A DNA stretch of 64,000 nucleotides, from assembly GCF_009914755.1 (NCBI RefSeq), contig NC_060938.1; one strand, written 5' to 3'. Both the position numbers and the translations under genes were made by a program. Below the pieces are notes generated by a model, which was not told where the DNA came from, searched no databases, and saw only the letters and a list, made by a program, of their open reading frames with translations. Source of the stretch: the human T2T-CHM13v2.0 reference genome, Homo sapiens. Shown here piece by piece: positions 14,794 to 33,000 of this stretch (within the stretch, counting starts at the first letter, position 1; the number at the start of each line of letters is the position of its first letter).

Positions 14794-14957
14794 GGCTGGG
14801 TATGGTGGTGTGCACCTGTAGTCTCAGACACTCAGGAGACTGAGGCAAGAGGATGGCTTGAGCCCAGGAATTTAAGGCTGCCATGAGCTATAATCATGCC
14901 ACTGCACTCCAGTCTGGGCAACAGAACAAGACTCTATCTCTAAGAAGAAAAAAAAAA
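14794..14957 (+). mobile_element. FRAM / AluJ right monomer
   Basis: Single right arm with A tail. Confidence 0.85.
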
Positions 14958-14959
14958 TG

Positions 14960-16700
<1,741 letters not shown>

Positions 16701-16939
16701 GAGCAAAAACAAGCAGATCTTTAAAACCATCTTAAAGGACGTGTTAAGAGGTAGATCTTATGTTTTCTAATTTGGGGTACCCAAAATGTTTTTATTGTGA
16801 TTATTCTACCCTGGGAAATGAGGGAATGAGAGCAAAGACCTAGTATGTTTATGAACTGCAAATACTATTTTTAAAAAGTAAAAGTCAAAAAAAACTTCAA
16901 AAAATAACCTAATAATGCATCTTAAAGAACTAGAAAAGT

Positions 16940-17231
<292 letters not shown>

Positions 17232-17938
17232 CTAGAAAAGCAAGAAAAACTGAACCCAAAATCAGAAGAAAAGAAATAATAAAGATCAGAGTAGAAATAA
17301 ATGAATTTGAAATGAAGAAAACAACACTAAAGATCAATGAAACAAAAATTTCATTTTTTGAAAAGATAAACAAAGTTGACAAACCTTTAGCCAGACTAAT
17401 AAAGAAAACAAGAAAGAAAACTCAAATAAATAAAATCAGAGATGAAAAAGGAGACATTACAACTGATGTGCAGAAATTCAAAAGATTATTAGTGGTAACT
17501 ATAAGCGACTATATGCCAATAAATTGGAAAATCTAGAGGAAATTGTTAAATTTCTATACACATACAACATACCAAGATTGAACCATGAAGAAATCCAAAA
17601 CCTGAATAGACCAATAACAAGTAAGAAGATCAAAGCCATAATAAAAAGTCTTCCAGTAAACAAAAGCTTGGAACCTGATAGCTTCACTGCTGATTCTATC
17701 AAACATTTAAAGAAAAACTAATACCAATCCTACTCAACCTATTCTAAAAAATAGAGGAGGAGGGAATACTTCCAAACTCATTCTATGAGGCCAATATTAC
17801 CCTGACACCAAAACAAGACAAAGATACATCAAAGAAGGAAAAATGCAGGTCATTATCTCTAATGAATATTGATGCAAAAAATCCTCAACAAAATACTTGC
17901 AAACCAAATTTAACAATACATTAAAAAGATCACTCATC

Positions 17939-18237
<299 letters not shown>

Positions 18238-18246
18238 TCACTCATC

Positions 18247-18577
18247 TCATGTCCCCTTCAGTGACATGGATGGAGTTGGAGACCATTATCCTTAGCAAAC
18301 TAACCCAGGAACAGAAAACTAAATACCATATGTTCTCAATTGTAAGTGGGAACTAAATGGTAATAACACATGAACACATAGAGGGGAACAACACACACTG
18401 GGGCCTACTGGAGTGTGGAGGATAGGAGAAGGGAGAAGATCAGGAAAAATAACTAATGGGTACTAGACTTAATACCTGGGTGATGAAATAATCTGTACAA
18501 CAAACCCCCATGACACAAGTTTACCTATGTAACAAACCTGCACGTGTACCCCTGAACTTAAAATAAAAGTTAAAAAA
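18247..18577 (+). mobile_element. L1PA13-like 3' end
   Basis: GATCAGGAAAAATAACTAATGGGTAC..ACAAACCCCCATGACACAAGTTTACC; own TSD. Confidence 0.85.
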
Positions 18578-18935
18578 AAAAGGATCCCTCATCATGACCT
18601 AGTGGGATTTATTGCAGGAATGCAAGATGGTTCAACATATGCAAATCAATCAATATCATGTATCATATCAACAGAATGAAGGATAAAAACCATTTAATCA
18701 TTTCAACTGATGCTGAAAAAGCATTTGATAAAATTCAACATCCCTTCATGATAAAAGCCTTCCAAAAAGTGTGTATGGAAGGAACATATCTCCACATAAT
18801 AAAAGCCATATATGACAGACCCACAGCTACTATCATATTGAATGGGGAAAAACTGAAAGCCTTTCCTGTAAGATCTGAAACATAACAAGGGTGTCCACTT
18901 TCACCAGTTATTCAACATAGTACTAGAACTCGTAG

Positions 18936-19325
<390 letters not shown>

Positions 19326-22009
19326 TATATAACTTTATATTTGGAAAAACCTAAAGATTTCACCAAAAAACTACTAGAAGTGATAAATTCAAATTCAGTA
19401 GAGTTGCAGGATACAAGATTAACATATAAAACATAGTAACATTTCTATATGCCAATGTCAAAAATCTGAAAAATCAATCAAAAAATAATCCCATTTACAA
19501 TAGCCACAAATAAAATTAAATACCTAGGAATTAACCAAAGAAGTGAAAGATCTCTACAATGAAAACCATCAAACACTGATGCAAGAAACGTTTTCACACA
19601 CACACAAAAAAAGATATTCCATATTAATGGATTGGAAGAATTGATATTGTTAAAATGTCCATACTATTCAAAGCAATCTACAGTTTCAATGCAACCCCTA
19701 TCAAAGTACCAATGACATTCTTCACATAAATAGAAAAAACAGTTCTAAAATTTATGTAGAACCACTAAAGACCCAGAATAGCCAAAGCTATCCTGAGCAA
19801 AAAGAAAAAAACTGGAGGAATCACATTACCTGACTTCAAATTATACTACAGAGCTATAGTAACCAAAAGAGCATAGTACTGGCATGAAAGCAGATGCATA
19901 GATCATGGAACAGAATGGACAACCCAGAAATAAACCCACACACCTACAGTGAACTCATTTTTGACAAAAGTGCCAAGAACATACATTGGAGAAAATAGTC
20001 TCTTCAATAAATGGTGCTGGGAAAACTGGATATCCATATGCAGAAGAATGAAACTTGATCCCTATCAAATCAAAATGGATTAAAGGCTTAAATCTAAGAC
20101 CTTAAACTATGAAATTACTACAAGAAAACATTGGGGAAAATCTCCAGGACATTAGACTGAGCAAAAATTTCTTGAGTAGTACCCCACAGGCACAGGCAAC
20201 CAAAGCAAAAATGGACAAATGAGATCACATCAAGTTAAAATGCTACTACACAGTGAAGGGAACAATTAACAAAATGAAGAGACAACCCACGAAATGGAAG
20301 AAAATATTTGCAAACTACCCATCTGACAAGGGATTAATAACCAGAATATATAGGAGCTCAAATAACTCAATAGGAAAAAAATCTAATAATCTGATTTTTT
20401 AAATGGGCAAAAGATTTGAATAGACATTTCTCAAAAGAAGATATACAAATGGCAAGCAGGCATATGAAAAGGTGCTCAACATCACTAATCATCAGAGAAA
20501 TGCAAATCAAAACTACAATGAGATATCATCTCACTCCAGTTAAAATGGCTTTTATCCAAAAGACAAGCAATAACTAACAAATGCTGGAGAGGATGTAGAG
20601 AAAAGGGAACCCTCACATGCTCTTGGTGGGAATGTAAGTTAGTACAACCATTATGGAGAACAGTATGGGGGTTTCTCGAAAAACTAAAAATAGAGCTACC
20701 ATATGATCCAGCAATCCCACTGCTGGATAAATACCCAAAAGAAGGGAAATCTGTATATCAAAGAGACAGCTGCACTCCCGTGTTTGTTGCAGCACTGTCT
20801 GCAATAGCCAAGATTTGGAAGCAACCTAAGTGTCCATCAATAGATGAATGGATAAAGAAAATGTGCTACTTATACACAATGGAGTACTATTCAGCCATAA
20901 AAAAGAATGAGATCTTATCATCTGCAACAACATGGATGGAAGCAGAGGTCATTATGTTAAGTGAAATAAGCCAGGCACATAAAGACAAACATCCTATGTT
21001 GTCCCTTATTTGTGGGATGTAAAATCAAAACAATTGAACACATGGAGATAGAGAGTAGAATGATGAGTATCAGAGGCTGGGAAGGGTAGTGGAGGGCAGA
21101 GGGGGGGTGGAGATGCTTAATGGGTACAAAAAAAGTAGAAAGAATAAATAATACCTAGTATTTGATAACACAACAGGATGACTATAGTCAAAATAGTTTA
21201 ATTGCACATTTTTAAATAACTGAAAGAGTATAACTGGATTTTTTTGTAACACAAAGGATATATGCTTGAGGGAATGAATACCCTATCTTCCATGATGTGA
21301 TTATTACACATTGTATACCTGTACCAAAACATCTCATGTATCCCATAAATATATATACTTACTGTGTACCCACAAAAATTAAAAATTAAATATTTATAAA
21401 AACAAAAATAAAAGTAACTTTCTACCCATCTAAAACTGCTAATTGCAAAAGACATGCCAGTTACTGGCATTGTTATATAAAAAAGCTGGAAGCAGTGAAG
21501 CCAATGAGAAATAAGATCCCACTTCTGATGAAAACGGACCAATGAGAAGTAAACTCCTGCTTCTAACAACAATTGAAAGCAAAACTTTATACTAAGATTG
21601 GTCAAGGACATGCCAGTGAGTTGTAGATCTAGCTTTTTTAGGCATCAAGTTGTAATGTTATTCGATTAATAATTTCCTCCGTGACAGCCAAAGCCATGGT
21701 CCAAAAGGAGTGATCTTCACTGCCCAGCCATGAGAGCAATCTGCTTGGAGATGCCATTCTCCTCCCTCCCTCCACCTCCTACCTCTTCCTCTCACTGGCT
21801 GAACCCAATGGGATGCCAGAAAATGGCCATGGATGCAGTACATTCCATACAACATAGTGTAAATATGTTTTCAAATCGGAGGTTTGCTGATATAACTGGA
21901 AAATCCAAGAAAAAAAATCAGATACAGTACACGTCTCCAAGTGTTTTCAAATAGGGAAATAATCATATTAAAATGTAGATTCCTGGCTTCTCTTAAAAGC
22001 TGAAAGATC

Positions 22010-22311
22010 CCCCAGCTGCGATGGCTCATGCCTGTAATCCCAGCACTTCGGAAGGCCGAGGCGGGTGGATCACTTGAGGTCAGGAGTTTGAGACAAGCCT
22101 GGCCAACATGGTGAAACCCCATCTCTATTAAAAATACAAAAATTAGCTGGGCGTGGTGGCAGGCACCTGTAGTCCCAGCTACTAGTGGGGCTGAGGCAGG
22201 ATAATCACTTGAACCTGGGAGGCAGAGGCTGCGGTGAGCCGAGATCTCGCCACTGCACTACAGCCTGGGCGACAGAGCTGGACTCCGTCTCAAAACAAAA
22301 CAAACAAAAAA
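22010..22311 (+). mobile_element. AluSz/Sx
   Basis: Full dimer with (CAAAA)n tail. Confidence 0.92.
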
Positions 22312-22466
22312 TTTTTTTAATCTGGCAACACCAGATCTATTTTCTGTAGGGCAGCACTCAACTGGAACTGAGTAACTGCAGCTGCTCTAGACAAGGCATG
22401 CCCTCTCCAGCTTTCCCCCGGACCTACCACCTTCTCATGTGAGGCTGACGGTGTTTTCACCCTTGA

Positions 22467-24365
<1,899 letters not shown>

Positions 24366-24562
24366 ATAATAGAAAAGTCCTTTTCTGTATTTACGTCTCT
24401 ACTAAATGGGAAAACAAAAGATAGACGAAGAAGGCAGAATTATTCCTGAAAAATGGAAGAGAACATGTTTCTTATGAAAGGGAAGAGTATTCCTATGTTT
24501 TAATATGCACACAAAGTATTTCTTTATCAAATGAACACAAATGAAGAGACTGTCTGTCCACG

Positions 24563-24824
24563 GGAACAGAAAACCACATATGGCATGTTCTCACTTATAA
24601 GTGGGAGCTGAATGATGAGCACACACAAACACAAAGAGGGGAACAGACACTAGGGCCTACTAGAGGGTGGAGGGTGGGAGGAGGGAAAGGATCAGAAAAA
24701 ATAACTATTGGGTAACCAGGCTTAATACCTGGGTAACAAAATAATCTGTACAACAAACCCTCATGACACAAGCTTACCTATATAACAAACCTGTACAGGT
24801 ACCCCTAAACCTAAAATAAAAGGT

Positions 24825-24859
<35 letters not shown>
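24563..24859 (+). mobile_element. L1PA13-15 3' end
   Basis: GTTCTCACTTATAAGTGGGAGCTG..GATCAGAAAAAATAACTATTGGG; poly-A. Confidence 0.85.
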
Positions 24860-24862
<3 letters not shown>

Positions 24863-24988
24863 TGGGCACAGTGGCTCATGCCTGTAATCCCAGCACTTTG
24901 GGAGGCTTAGGCAGGAGGATTGTTTGAGCCCAGGAGTTTGAGACCAGCCTGGGCAACAAACCAAGATTCCATCTCCTAAAAAAGAAAA
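24860..24988 (+). mobile_element. FLAM_C / Alu left monomer directly after the L1 tail
   Basis: Single left arm with GGAGGATTGTTTGAGCCCAGG. Confidence 0.85.
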
Positions 24989-25273
24989 GGAGACCATTTG
25001 TTTTTACCCATCCCTTCACTCAATTATGTTACTTGCCTGGACTCTGCTGGTATTTCAGCTTGAGATCCCAGACCAGAGCCATGCAGGTAGAAAACAGAAA
25101 AATCACCTAAATTTCATGTAATTGCCCGCAGTATTCTTTATTCTTTATTACTTATCGCTATACCCTGCCACTGGTGTTAAACTTCTGTATGTTTCTGAGC
25201 CCAGGAGCTATCTTCGTCCTCTAAGTAACTTGTGGCATCTAGAGCTCAAAGGTTTTGTGGCATTGCCAGGTGG

Positions 25274-25658
<385 letters not shown>

Positions 25659-25670
25659 TTAAAAATTAAA

Positions 25671-25984
25671 GGCCAGTCATGGTGCTCACACCTGTAATAC
25701 CAGCACTTTGGGAGGCCAAGGCAGAAGGATTATTCAAGGCCAAGAGTTCAAGACCAGCTTAGGCAACATAGTGAGACCCTATTTCTACTAAAAAATTTTT
25801 TAATTAGCCAGACACAGTGGCTCACACATGTAGTAGTCCCAGCTACTCAGAAGGCTGAGACAGGAGGATTGCTTGAGCCCAGGAGTTCAAGGTTACAGTC
25901 AGCTATGATCACACCACTGCATTCCAGCCTGGGTAACAGAGTGAGCTCTTATCTCTATAAAAATAATAATAAAAACAACAAAAT
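25671..25984 (+). mobile_element. AluJo/Jr
   Basis: GGATTGCTTGAGCCCAGG..AGCTATGATC diagnostics. Confidence 0.9.
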
Positions 25985-25989
25985 TGAAA

Positions 25990-26400
25990 GGAGACAATTC
26001 AAGCAGGAAGAATTTAATACAGGGAATTCATTACTTGAGTGATAGAAGAGCTGAGAAGCTAAACAGACAACAAGTTAATGCAGAGATTAGCAATAAATAC
26101 CTGGAAGTTTTGCCACTGCTAGGGCTGATAGGACACAAGACAGGGGGGTGATACCAAAGCCAGGAGCCAGGCCTGCCGGTGGAAATCAGAAGGGCAGAGG
26201 CTACCTACCATGAGCTGGGACTACAGAAAAAGGGCTGTAGAACCTAGAATCATGGAGGAGACTGAGCCACTGCCAAAGAAACCACCTGACATCCTCTGCC
26301 AGCTCCTCTCATTGTCCACACTTACTCAGAAATGTAGGTTTGATACAGACAAAACAGGAAAAGAGTAGAGAATAAGTCTAGGAGCAATTGACAAATGACT
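25990..26400 (-). mobile_element. Old ERVL LTR fragment (LTR33-like)
   Basis: GAATTTAATACAGGGAATT..GAAGAGCTGAGAAGC pattern; weak. Confidence 0.35.
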
Positions 26401-26828
26401 AGAAATCAGGTTTTAAGGGATTTAAAAGGAATTGGGGAATAAGAAACAGAAGCAGCAAATGTAGACCACACATTTCAGCAGTTTGTTCTGTTTCAATATT
26501 TCAGTGCAAACTTCCATTGTTTGCATTCTTCCTGTATTCTTAAGATTTTCAAGAAACTAATTCCAAAAAGCCTACTTATTAAAAAGCTCTGTTTCAAATT
26601 ATGCTGCCCGAGATGAAATAGCTTTTTCCCAAGTTTCTCCTTCCTCTTTTCTACTGAAATTTATAACCTCCTCATTAACTTATAATTCCTTTTTTCTCAG
26701 AATATTAATGAAGATAATAAATAAGTGTATGATTCTCCCCAATAACATCCTGAATTCCCTCCTGGTATAAGCTCTTCTTATAAAAATGTTTAACTATTCT
26801 TTAATCAGGAATTAAATGCAGAATGCTG

Positions 26829-27178
<350 letters not shown>

Positions 27179-27609
27179 TTACAAAACAGTAAATTTATTC
27201 ACCTAAGAGAAAACCAGCCAGTGATTTAAAATAACATATGAGTAAGAGCTAGGAACACTCCCCTACTGACCAGATAAGGTTTTCCATTAAATCATGTGAA
27301 TCACCTGAGTACAGAAACGCTATCGTTTTCAAGTTGTCTGTTCCTAAATCAGGTGATTGTTATTTTATCGTATGTCATTTGGTCAGCGAAACAATCTCTA
27401 AGTGATTTATGAGAGAATGACATTACAGGGAGACAGAAGACCTAGACCTGGAATTTAAAAAAAAGAAAAACTTAGATCTTATCTTCAGTTTCCTCATCTG
27501 AAAAATAAGAATAATCATTGGAGTCCAACTCTCTCATAGAGTTTTGGAAGGTCAAATAAGAGAAGTAGTTGGTTGTTCCTTATAAAATGCAATATAAAAA
27601 TATAACTTG

Positions 27610-28090
27610 AGAGCCAGAATGTCTGGGATCCAAACTCAATTCCACCACTAATTTGCCATGTGGCCTCAAGCAAATTCTTCAACTTCTCTGTGCCTCAATT
27701 CCCTTGTTTGTAAAAATGGAAAGGGCAGGAAGGCCTTCACCATGACTTGTAACTAATAGGACAAGTGTACAATAGCCCTGCCCCCTTCCTCAACAACGGG
27801 ACATAGTGCAATTTACACTCAAGAGCTCCCAGTGGATCAGGCTGAGACCACACCTGAAATCCCACCCCTAAGTAGCACCTTCTTTCCTTACTCTGTTTCC
27901 TTCTCTCCCTTACCAGTTTTTCCTAAAAGCATTCTCTTAATAAATCTCATGTACACAAAATGTTGTTGCAGGCTCTGCCTCTAGGCAACTCAAACTAAAT
28001 CAGTACGTGCTACTCTCATAAGGTTGTTCACAATACAGGTAGAACACTTAGAATACCACCTGGAACATAGTAATTGCTCAATAAGTCTGA
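27610..28090 (+). mobile_element. MIR split by an LTR16-like fragment
   Basis: GAGCCAGAATGTCTGGG..CTCTGTGCCTCAATTCCC and ACTTAGAATACCACCTGGAACATAGTAA. Confidence 0.6.
27720..28002 (+). mobile_element. LTR16-family (ERVL) 3' half
   Basis: GAGCTCCCAGTGGATCAGGCTG..TTAATAAATC..CAGGCTCTGCCTCTAGG..CTAAATCA. Confidence 0.6.
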
Positions 28091-28100
28091 GCAGAAAATG

Positions 28101-28155
28101 GTCCAGAAAGAATGTGATATGATGATTAGTCCAGAAAGAATATGATATGATGATT
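28101..28155. repeat. 28-bp tandem duplication
   Basis: GTCCAGAAAGAATRTGATATGATGATT twice. Confidence 0.9.
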
Positions 28156-28189
28156 GTGGTAATGATGTTACAAAACCCCTAGCTTATGG

Positions 28190-30990
28190 TATAGCATGTA
28201 AGGTGTTTGGAAGTCACTACTCTATTCTAACAGGTGGAATATGAACAAAAACTGAAAAACCAAAAACTCTTCCTAGATCTGTCAGAGAAGTGAGGTCATG
28301 AGGCAAACTTCTGCCCATAAAATTGGAGAGACAGACAGATACAGAGAATCACAACTTATCAGAGCAGAAACTTCCACAGGAACCAGTTCTAGGGTAGGAA
28401 AACTCATGAATTGCTGGAGCCTCAGTGTGGACAAACTCCTAGGGGATCCAGTCATTGGGGGGGTCCCCACATTTTTGTGAGTTTTACCTCCAGAACCTCT
28501 ACCAAATTCTCAGAGAGAAGACTGGAGAAAAATTCCTCCTGGCTTCTAGTCAGGAAAGGGGGAAAAGAATCATTTTTACATGCACCAGAGCATTTTGTTT
28601 TTCTTATCAAGGCCTGCCCTCAAGAGAAACTATGGTTACTACAGCCTAACCTATTGGGGTTTATTAGACCTAACCAACCCAAAGGAAGGGAAACACCCAA
28701 CTGCAGCACTCCCGAGCCATTCTGTCCAACCTCAGAAAGGAATAAACTGAGAAGCACTTGTGAAGTTCACAGTCCAACAGCACAGGCACACTAAAAGCCC
28801 CAGTCACAGCAAATCATAGCACTACAGATTGCTTCCCCTCCTCCCACACCTTACCACCACATCACTTAAGGCCTATTTATAGAGATTTATTTTTACCCAG
28901 TGATATGGTTTGGGTCTGTGACCCCACCCAAATCTCATGTCAAATTGTAATCCCCAGTGTTGGAGGTGTGGCATGGTGGGAGGTGATTGGATCACGGGGG
29001 CAGATTTCCCCCTTGGTGCTGTTCTTGTGACAGTGAGTAGGTTCCCATGAGATCTAGTCATTTAAAAGTGTGTGGCACCTCCATCCCAACTCTCTCAAAG
29101 GCTGCAGAAATTTGCATAAGTGAAAAGGAGCCAAGTACTAATATCCAAGACAATGAAGAAAAGTCCTTGAAAGCATTTCAGAGACCTTCTCGGCAGACCC
29201 TCCTGGAGGCCTAAGAGGGAAGGATGGTTTCAGGGGCTGAGCCCAAGGCCCTGCAGCCCTGTACAGCCTCAAGACACTGCTCCCTGAATCCCAGCTGCTC
29301 CAGCTCCAGCCATAGCTCAAAGGGGCTCAGGTACAACTTGGGCTGCTGTAGGCCCTTTAGAAGGTGCAAGCCATAAACCTTGGCAGTTTTGACAAAGTGT
29401 TAACCCTATGGGTTTGCAGAGTGCAAGAGTTGAGGCTTAGGAGCCTCCACCTAGATATTAGAAGATGTGTGGAAAAGCCTGGATGTCCAGACAGAAGCCT
29501 GCTCCAAGGGTGGAGCCCTCGTGGAGAACCTCTTCTAGAGCAGTGCAGAAGGGAAATGTGGGGTTGGAGCCCCCACACAGAGTCCCCACTGGGGCACTGC
29601 CTAATGGAGCTGTGAGAAGAGGGCCACCATCCTCCAAACCCCAAAATGGTAGATCCACTGGCAGCTTGCACCGTGCACCTGGAAAAGGCACAGGCACTCA
29701 ACACCAGCCCATGAAAGCAGCCACAGAGGTAGAGCTGCTCACAGCCTTGGGAGCCTACCTCTCACACCAGTGTGTCCTGGATGTGGAACATGGAATCAAA
29801 GGAGATTATTTTGAAGCTTTAAAGCTTAATGACTGCCCTGCTGGGTTTCAGACTTGCATGGGACTTGTATCCCCTTTTTTTTGGCTGATTTCTCCCTTTT
29901 GGAACAGGAGTATTTACCCAATGCCTATACCTCCACTGTATCTTGGAAGTAACTAACCTTTTTTTATTTTACAGGCTCATAGGCAGAAGGGATGAGCCTT
30001 GTTTTAGATGATACTTTGGACTTTGGACTTTCAAGTTAATGCTGGAATGAACTAAGACTTTGGGGGACTGTTGGGAAGTCATGATAGCATTTTGCAGTGT
30101 GAGAAGGACATGAGATTTGGGAGGGGCCAGGGGTGGAATGATATGGTTTTGATCTGTGTCCCTGCCCAAATCTCCTATCAAATTGTAATTCCCAGTGTTG
30201 GAGGTGGGGCCTGGTGGGAACTGATTGGATCATGGGGGGGGTTTCCCCCTTGGTACTGTTCTCATGATAGTGAGTGAGTTCTTGTGAGATCTGGTCATTT
30301 AAAAGTGTGTGGCACCTCCTCCCCCCTCTCTTGCTCCTGTTCTGGCCATGTGGGATGCTTAACTCCCCCTTTGCCGTCCATCATGATTGGAAGTTTCCTG
30401 AGGCCTCCCCTGAGAAGCTGATGCTGCCATGCTTCCTGTACAACCTGCAGAACTGTGAGCCAATTAATCCTCTTTTCTTCATAAATTACCTAGTTTCAGG
30501 TATTTCTTTACAGGAATGTGAAAACAAACTAATACAGCCAGTATATCATGTCAGTTTTCAACAACAACAACAAAACGACAAGGCAAACTGAAAGACAAAA
30601 GCCAAGTCTGAAGAGACCAGAGCAAACATCACAACCAGGCTCAGATATGGCAGAGATGTTGGAATTATCAGACTGGGAATTTAAAACAACTATGATTAAA
30701 TGTTAAGGGCTGTAATGGGAAAATTAGATCGCATGCAAGAACAAATGGTTAATGTAAACAGAGAGAGGAAATTCTGGGAAATAACCAAAAATAAATGCTA
30801 AAGATCAAAGGTACATTACAAAAATTGAGAACGCCTTAGACAAGCCTACTAGTAGACTGGACACAGCTGAGGAAAGAATTTCTGAGCTACAGTGTATGTC
30901 AATAGAAACTTCTAAAACTAAAGAACAAGGAGAAGAAACATTTTAAAATGCAAACTGGAATATCCAAAGAACTGTGGGACAACCACAAAA
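28190..30990 (+). mobile_element. Old L1M (L1MC/L1MD-type) 5'UTR and ORF1 fragment, interrupted by the MSTA provirus
   Basis: TTGGAAGTCAC..TCAGAGAAGTGAGGTCA..GATACAGAGAATCACA; ORF1-like GATGTTGGAATTATCAGACTGGGAATTTAAA..GAACTGTGGGACAAC. Confidence 0.7.
28901..30536 (+). mobile_element. MSTA provirus: partial 5' LTR (28901-~29096), MSTA-int, PPT, full 3' LTR (30139-30536)
   Basis: Two TGATATGGTTT LTR starts, MaLR internal sequence, PPT GGGAGGGGCCAGGGGTGGAA, TSD CCCAG/GCCAG. Confidence 0.9.
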
Positions 30991-31306
30991 CCTTTGGCTT
31001 TCCAAAAATCTCAGATAAACTCATAATATTTAAAAAGGACCTCAGTTTTCCACCAGCTCAGGCTCCAGATAAATGAAAATTTTCTGACACTGAGTTAGGC
31101 CACCAGCTGCCATTAGTATGGTATTAGAGAAGAGGTGAGTTCCCAGATTGGATCTCAGTGGCGTATCCCTGGACAAAAGGGAGTAGAAAGGAAATAGAAG
31201 AAAATAGCATGGCTTCTGGACTTAAATTTTTATAAGGTCAAGAACCTTGTTAAATCCCTAAAGCCTAGCAAGTGTCTAGCACATAGTCATAAAACTGTAA
31301 ATAATT

Positions 31307-31595
<289 letters not shown>

Positions 31596-31617
31596 AAAAC
31601 TGTAAATAATTATTTAA

Positions 31618-32106
31618 TGTGATTGTTTTAAACATATGTCCATAAATTCTTTGATATGCCTCTCCTTAAAAGGTAGAGTTTAATTTCCCTCTGAGTGTGG
31701 ACTGAACTTACTGGGTCACATATATTGATTAGAATATGGAAGAAGTGATAGAAATATCACTTCCAAGATTAGGTTGTCCAAAGACTGGGATTTCCACCTG
31801 CTGTTCACACTCTCTCTCTCCCTCTTTCTCCTGGATCCCTCACTATGAGGGAAGCCATGTCATAAGCAGTCCTATAAAAAGGCCCACATGGCAATGAGCT
31901 AAAGCCTCCTGCCAACAGCCATGAGAGAACTGGGAATGGATCCTGGAGCCCTTCAGATAATAGCAGCCCAATAGCTTAACTGCAACCTCGTGAGAGACGT
32001 CAACCCAGTGTCTTGGTTCCCAACCTACAAAAACTATGAGATAATGTTTTTTTTAATTTGTTATAAAATTTGGGGTAATCTGTTACACAGCAATAAATAA
32101 CTAATA
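31618..32106 (+). mobile_element. MLT1F/G-type LTR
   Basis: CATAAATTCTTTGATA..GGCCCACATGGCAATGAGCT..CCTGCCAACAGCCA..CAGCAATAAATAACTAATA. Confidence 0.78.
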
Positions 32107-32769
32107 ATGTGGAAAGACAATAAAATTCCAGATATCAGTAGTTTGATTAAAGAATAAGGGCAAAATACCAAGACTAGGAATAAGAGGGGTTACACTGGAA
32201 ATGGAGTTATCTGTGTGAATAAAGGGCGTTGGGAGAAGCAAACTGACGCTTCTCCAAATGTCAGCATGCCAATATAGAAAAAGCAGAAAGAAATATGAAC
32301 TATAGCAAGCTCAGTGGAAACTGGATTCTTAAATTCATTGAGGTCTCTGTTACTGTGGGGTACACTACCAAGAGAAACTGAGTAACATTAAACAAATGCA
32401 AAGTGCTATCATTAAGGAGCAAGTGAACAGAAACTTTTTCCCTTGGGGAAAGAGAGCAAAGACAAATCATCAGACCATTAAAAAAGATCAAGAATTAATC
32501 TTTACTCTTCTGCAGCTAGAACAAGGAATACCAGATAATACAAACTCTTTGTATTCAGAGTCGCTTTTTCTGGTCACCTGAATATAAATTAATAAAGTGT
32601 TTGTATAAATTCAATCTTAACTAGATGAATTTCAATAAACTTTCCATAATTATACATTAATAGATTCCCCAGAAATTTTCCACCATGTTCAACTTTTCCT
32701 AGGCAGCTCTTGCAGCTTTTTTCCCGAAGTTTGAATTACTATGTGATGACCCTGTTTGTCCCCCTGGCA

Positions 32770-33000
32770 TTATGATGGGGGTGAAGTCCAGCAGGGCTAA
32801 GACTTGAGTTCTGGTCCCAGCTCTATCTAACCAGTCACAGGACCTCAAATAGGACCTTTCCTTTCTGAAACCTACCTCCTTATATGTCAAACAGAGTTGA
32901 TAATGCCATACTTCACAGCACTGATGTCAGAATAAATAATAGATGAAAAAGCGCTTGGGAAACTGTAAAGTACAGTGCAAATTGGAAAGGTGAATTCCTT
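32770..33000 (+). mobile_element. MIR (b/c)
   Basis: GAGTTCTGGTCCCAGCTCT..GCTTGGGAAACTGTAAAG. Confidence 0.55.

Noticed and set aside
28101-28155. CRISPR-like direct repeats
   Set aside because: Only two abutting copies with no spacers, in primate DNA; no array or cas genes anywhere in the window.
29357-29956. 163-aa and overlapping ORFs
   Set aside because: They lie in the MSTA internal region and are decayed MaLR sequence with no sign of a cellular gene.
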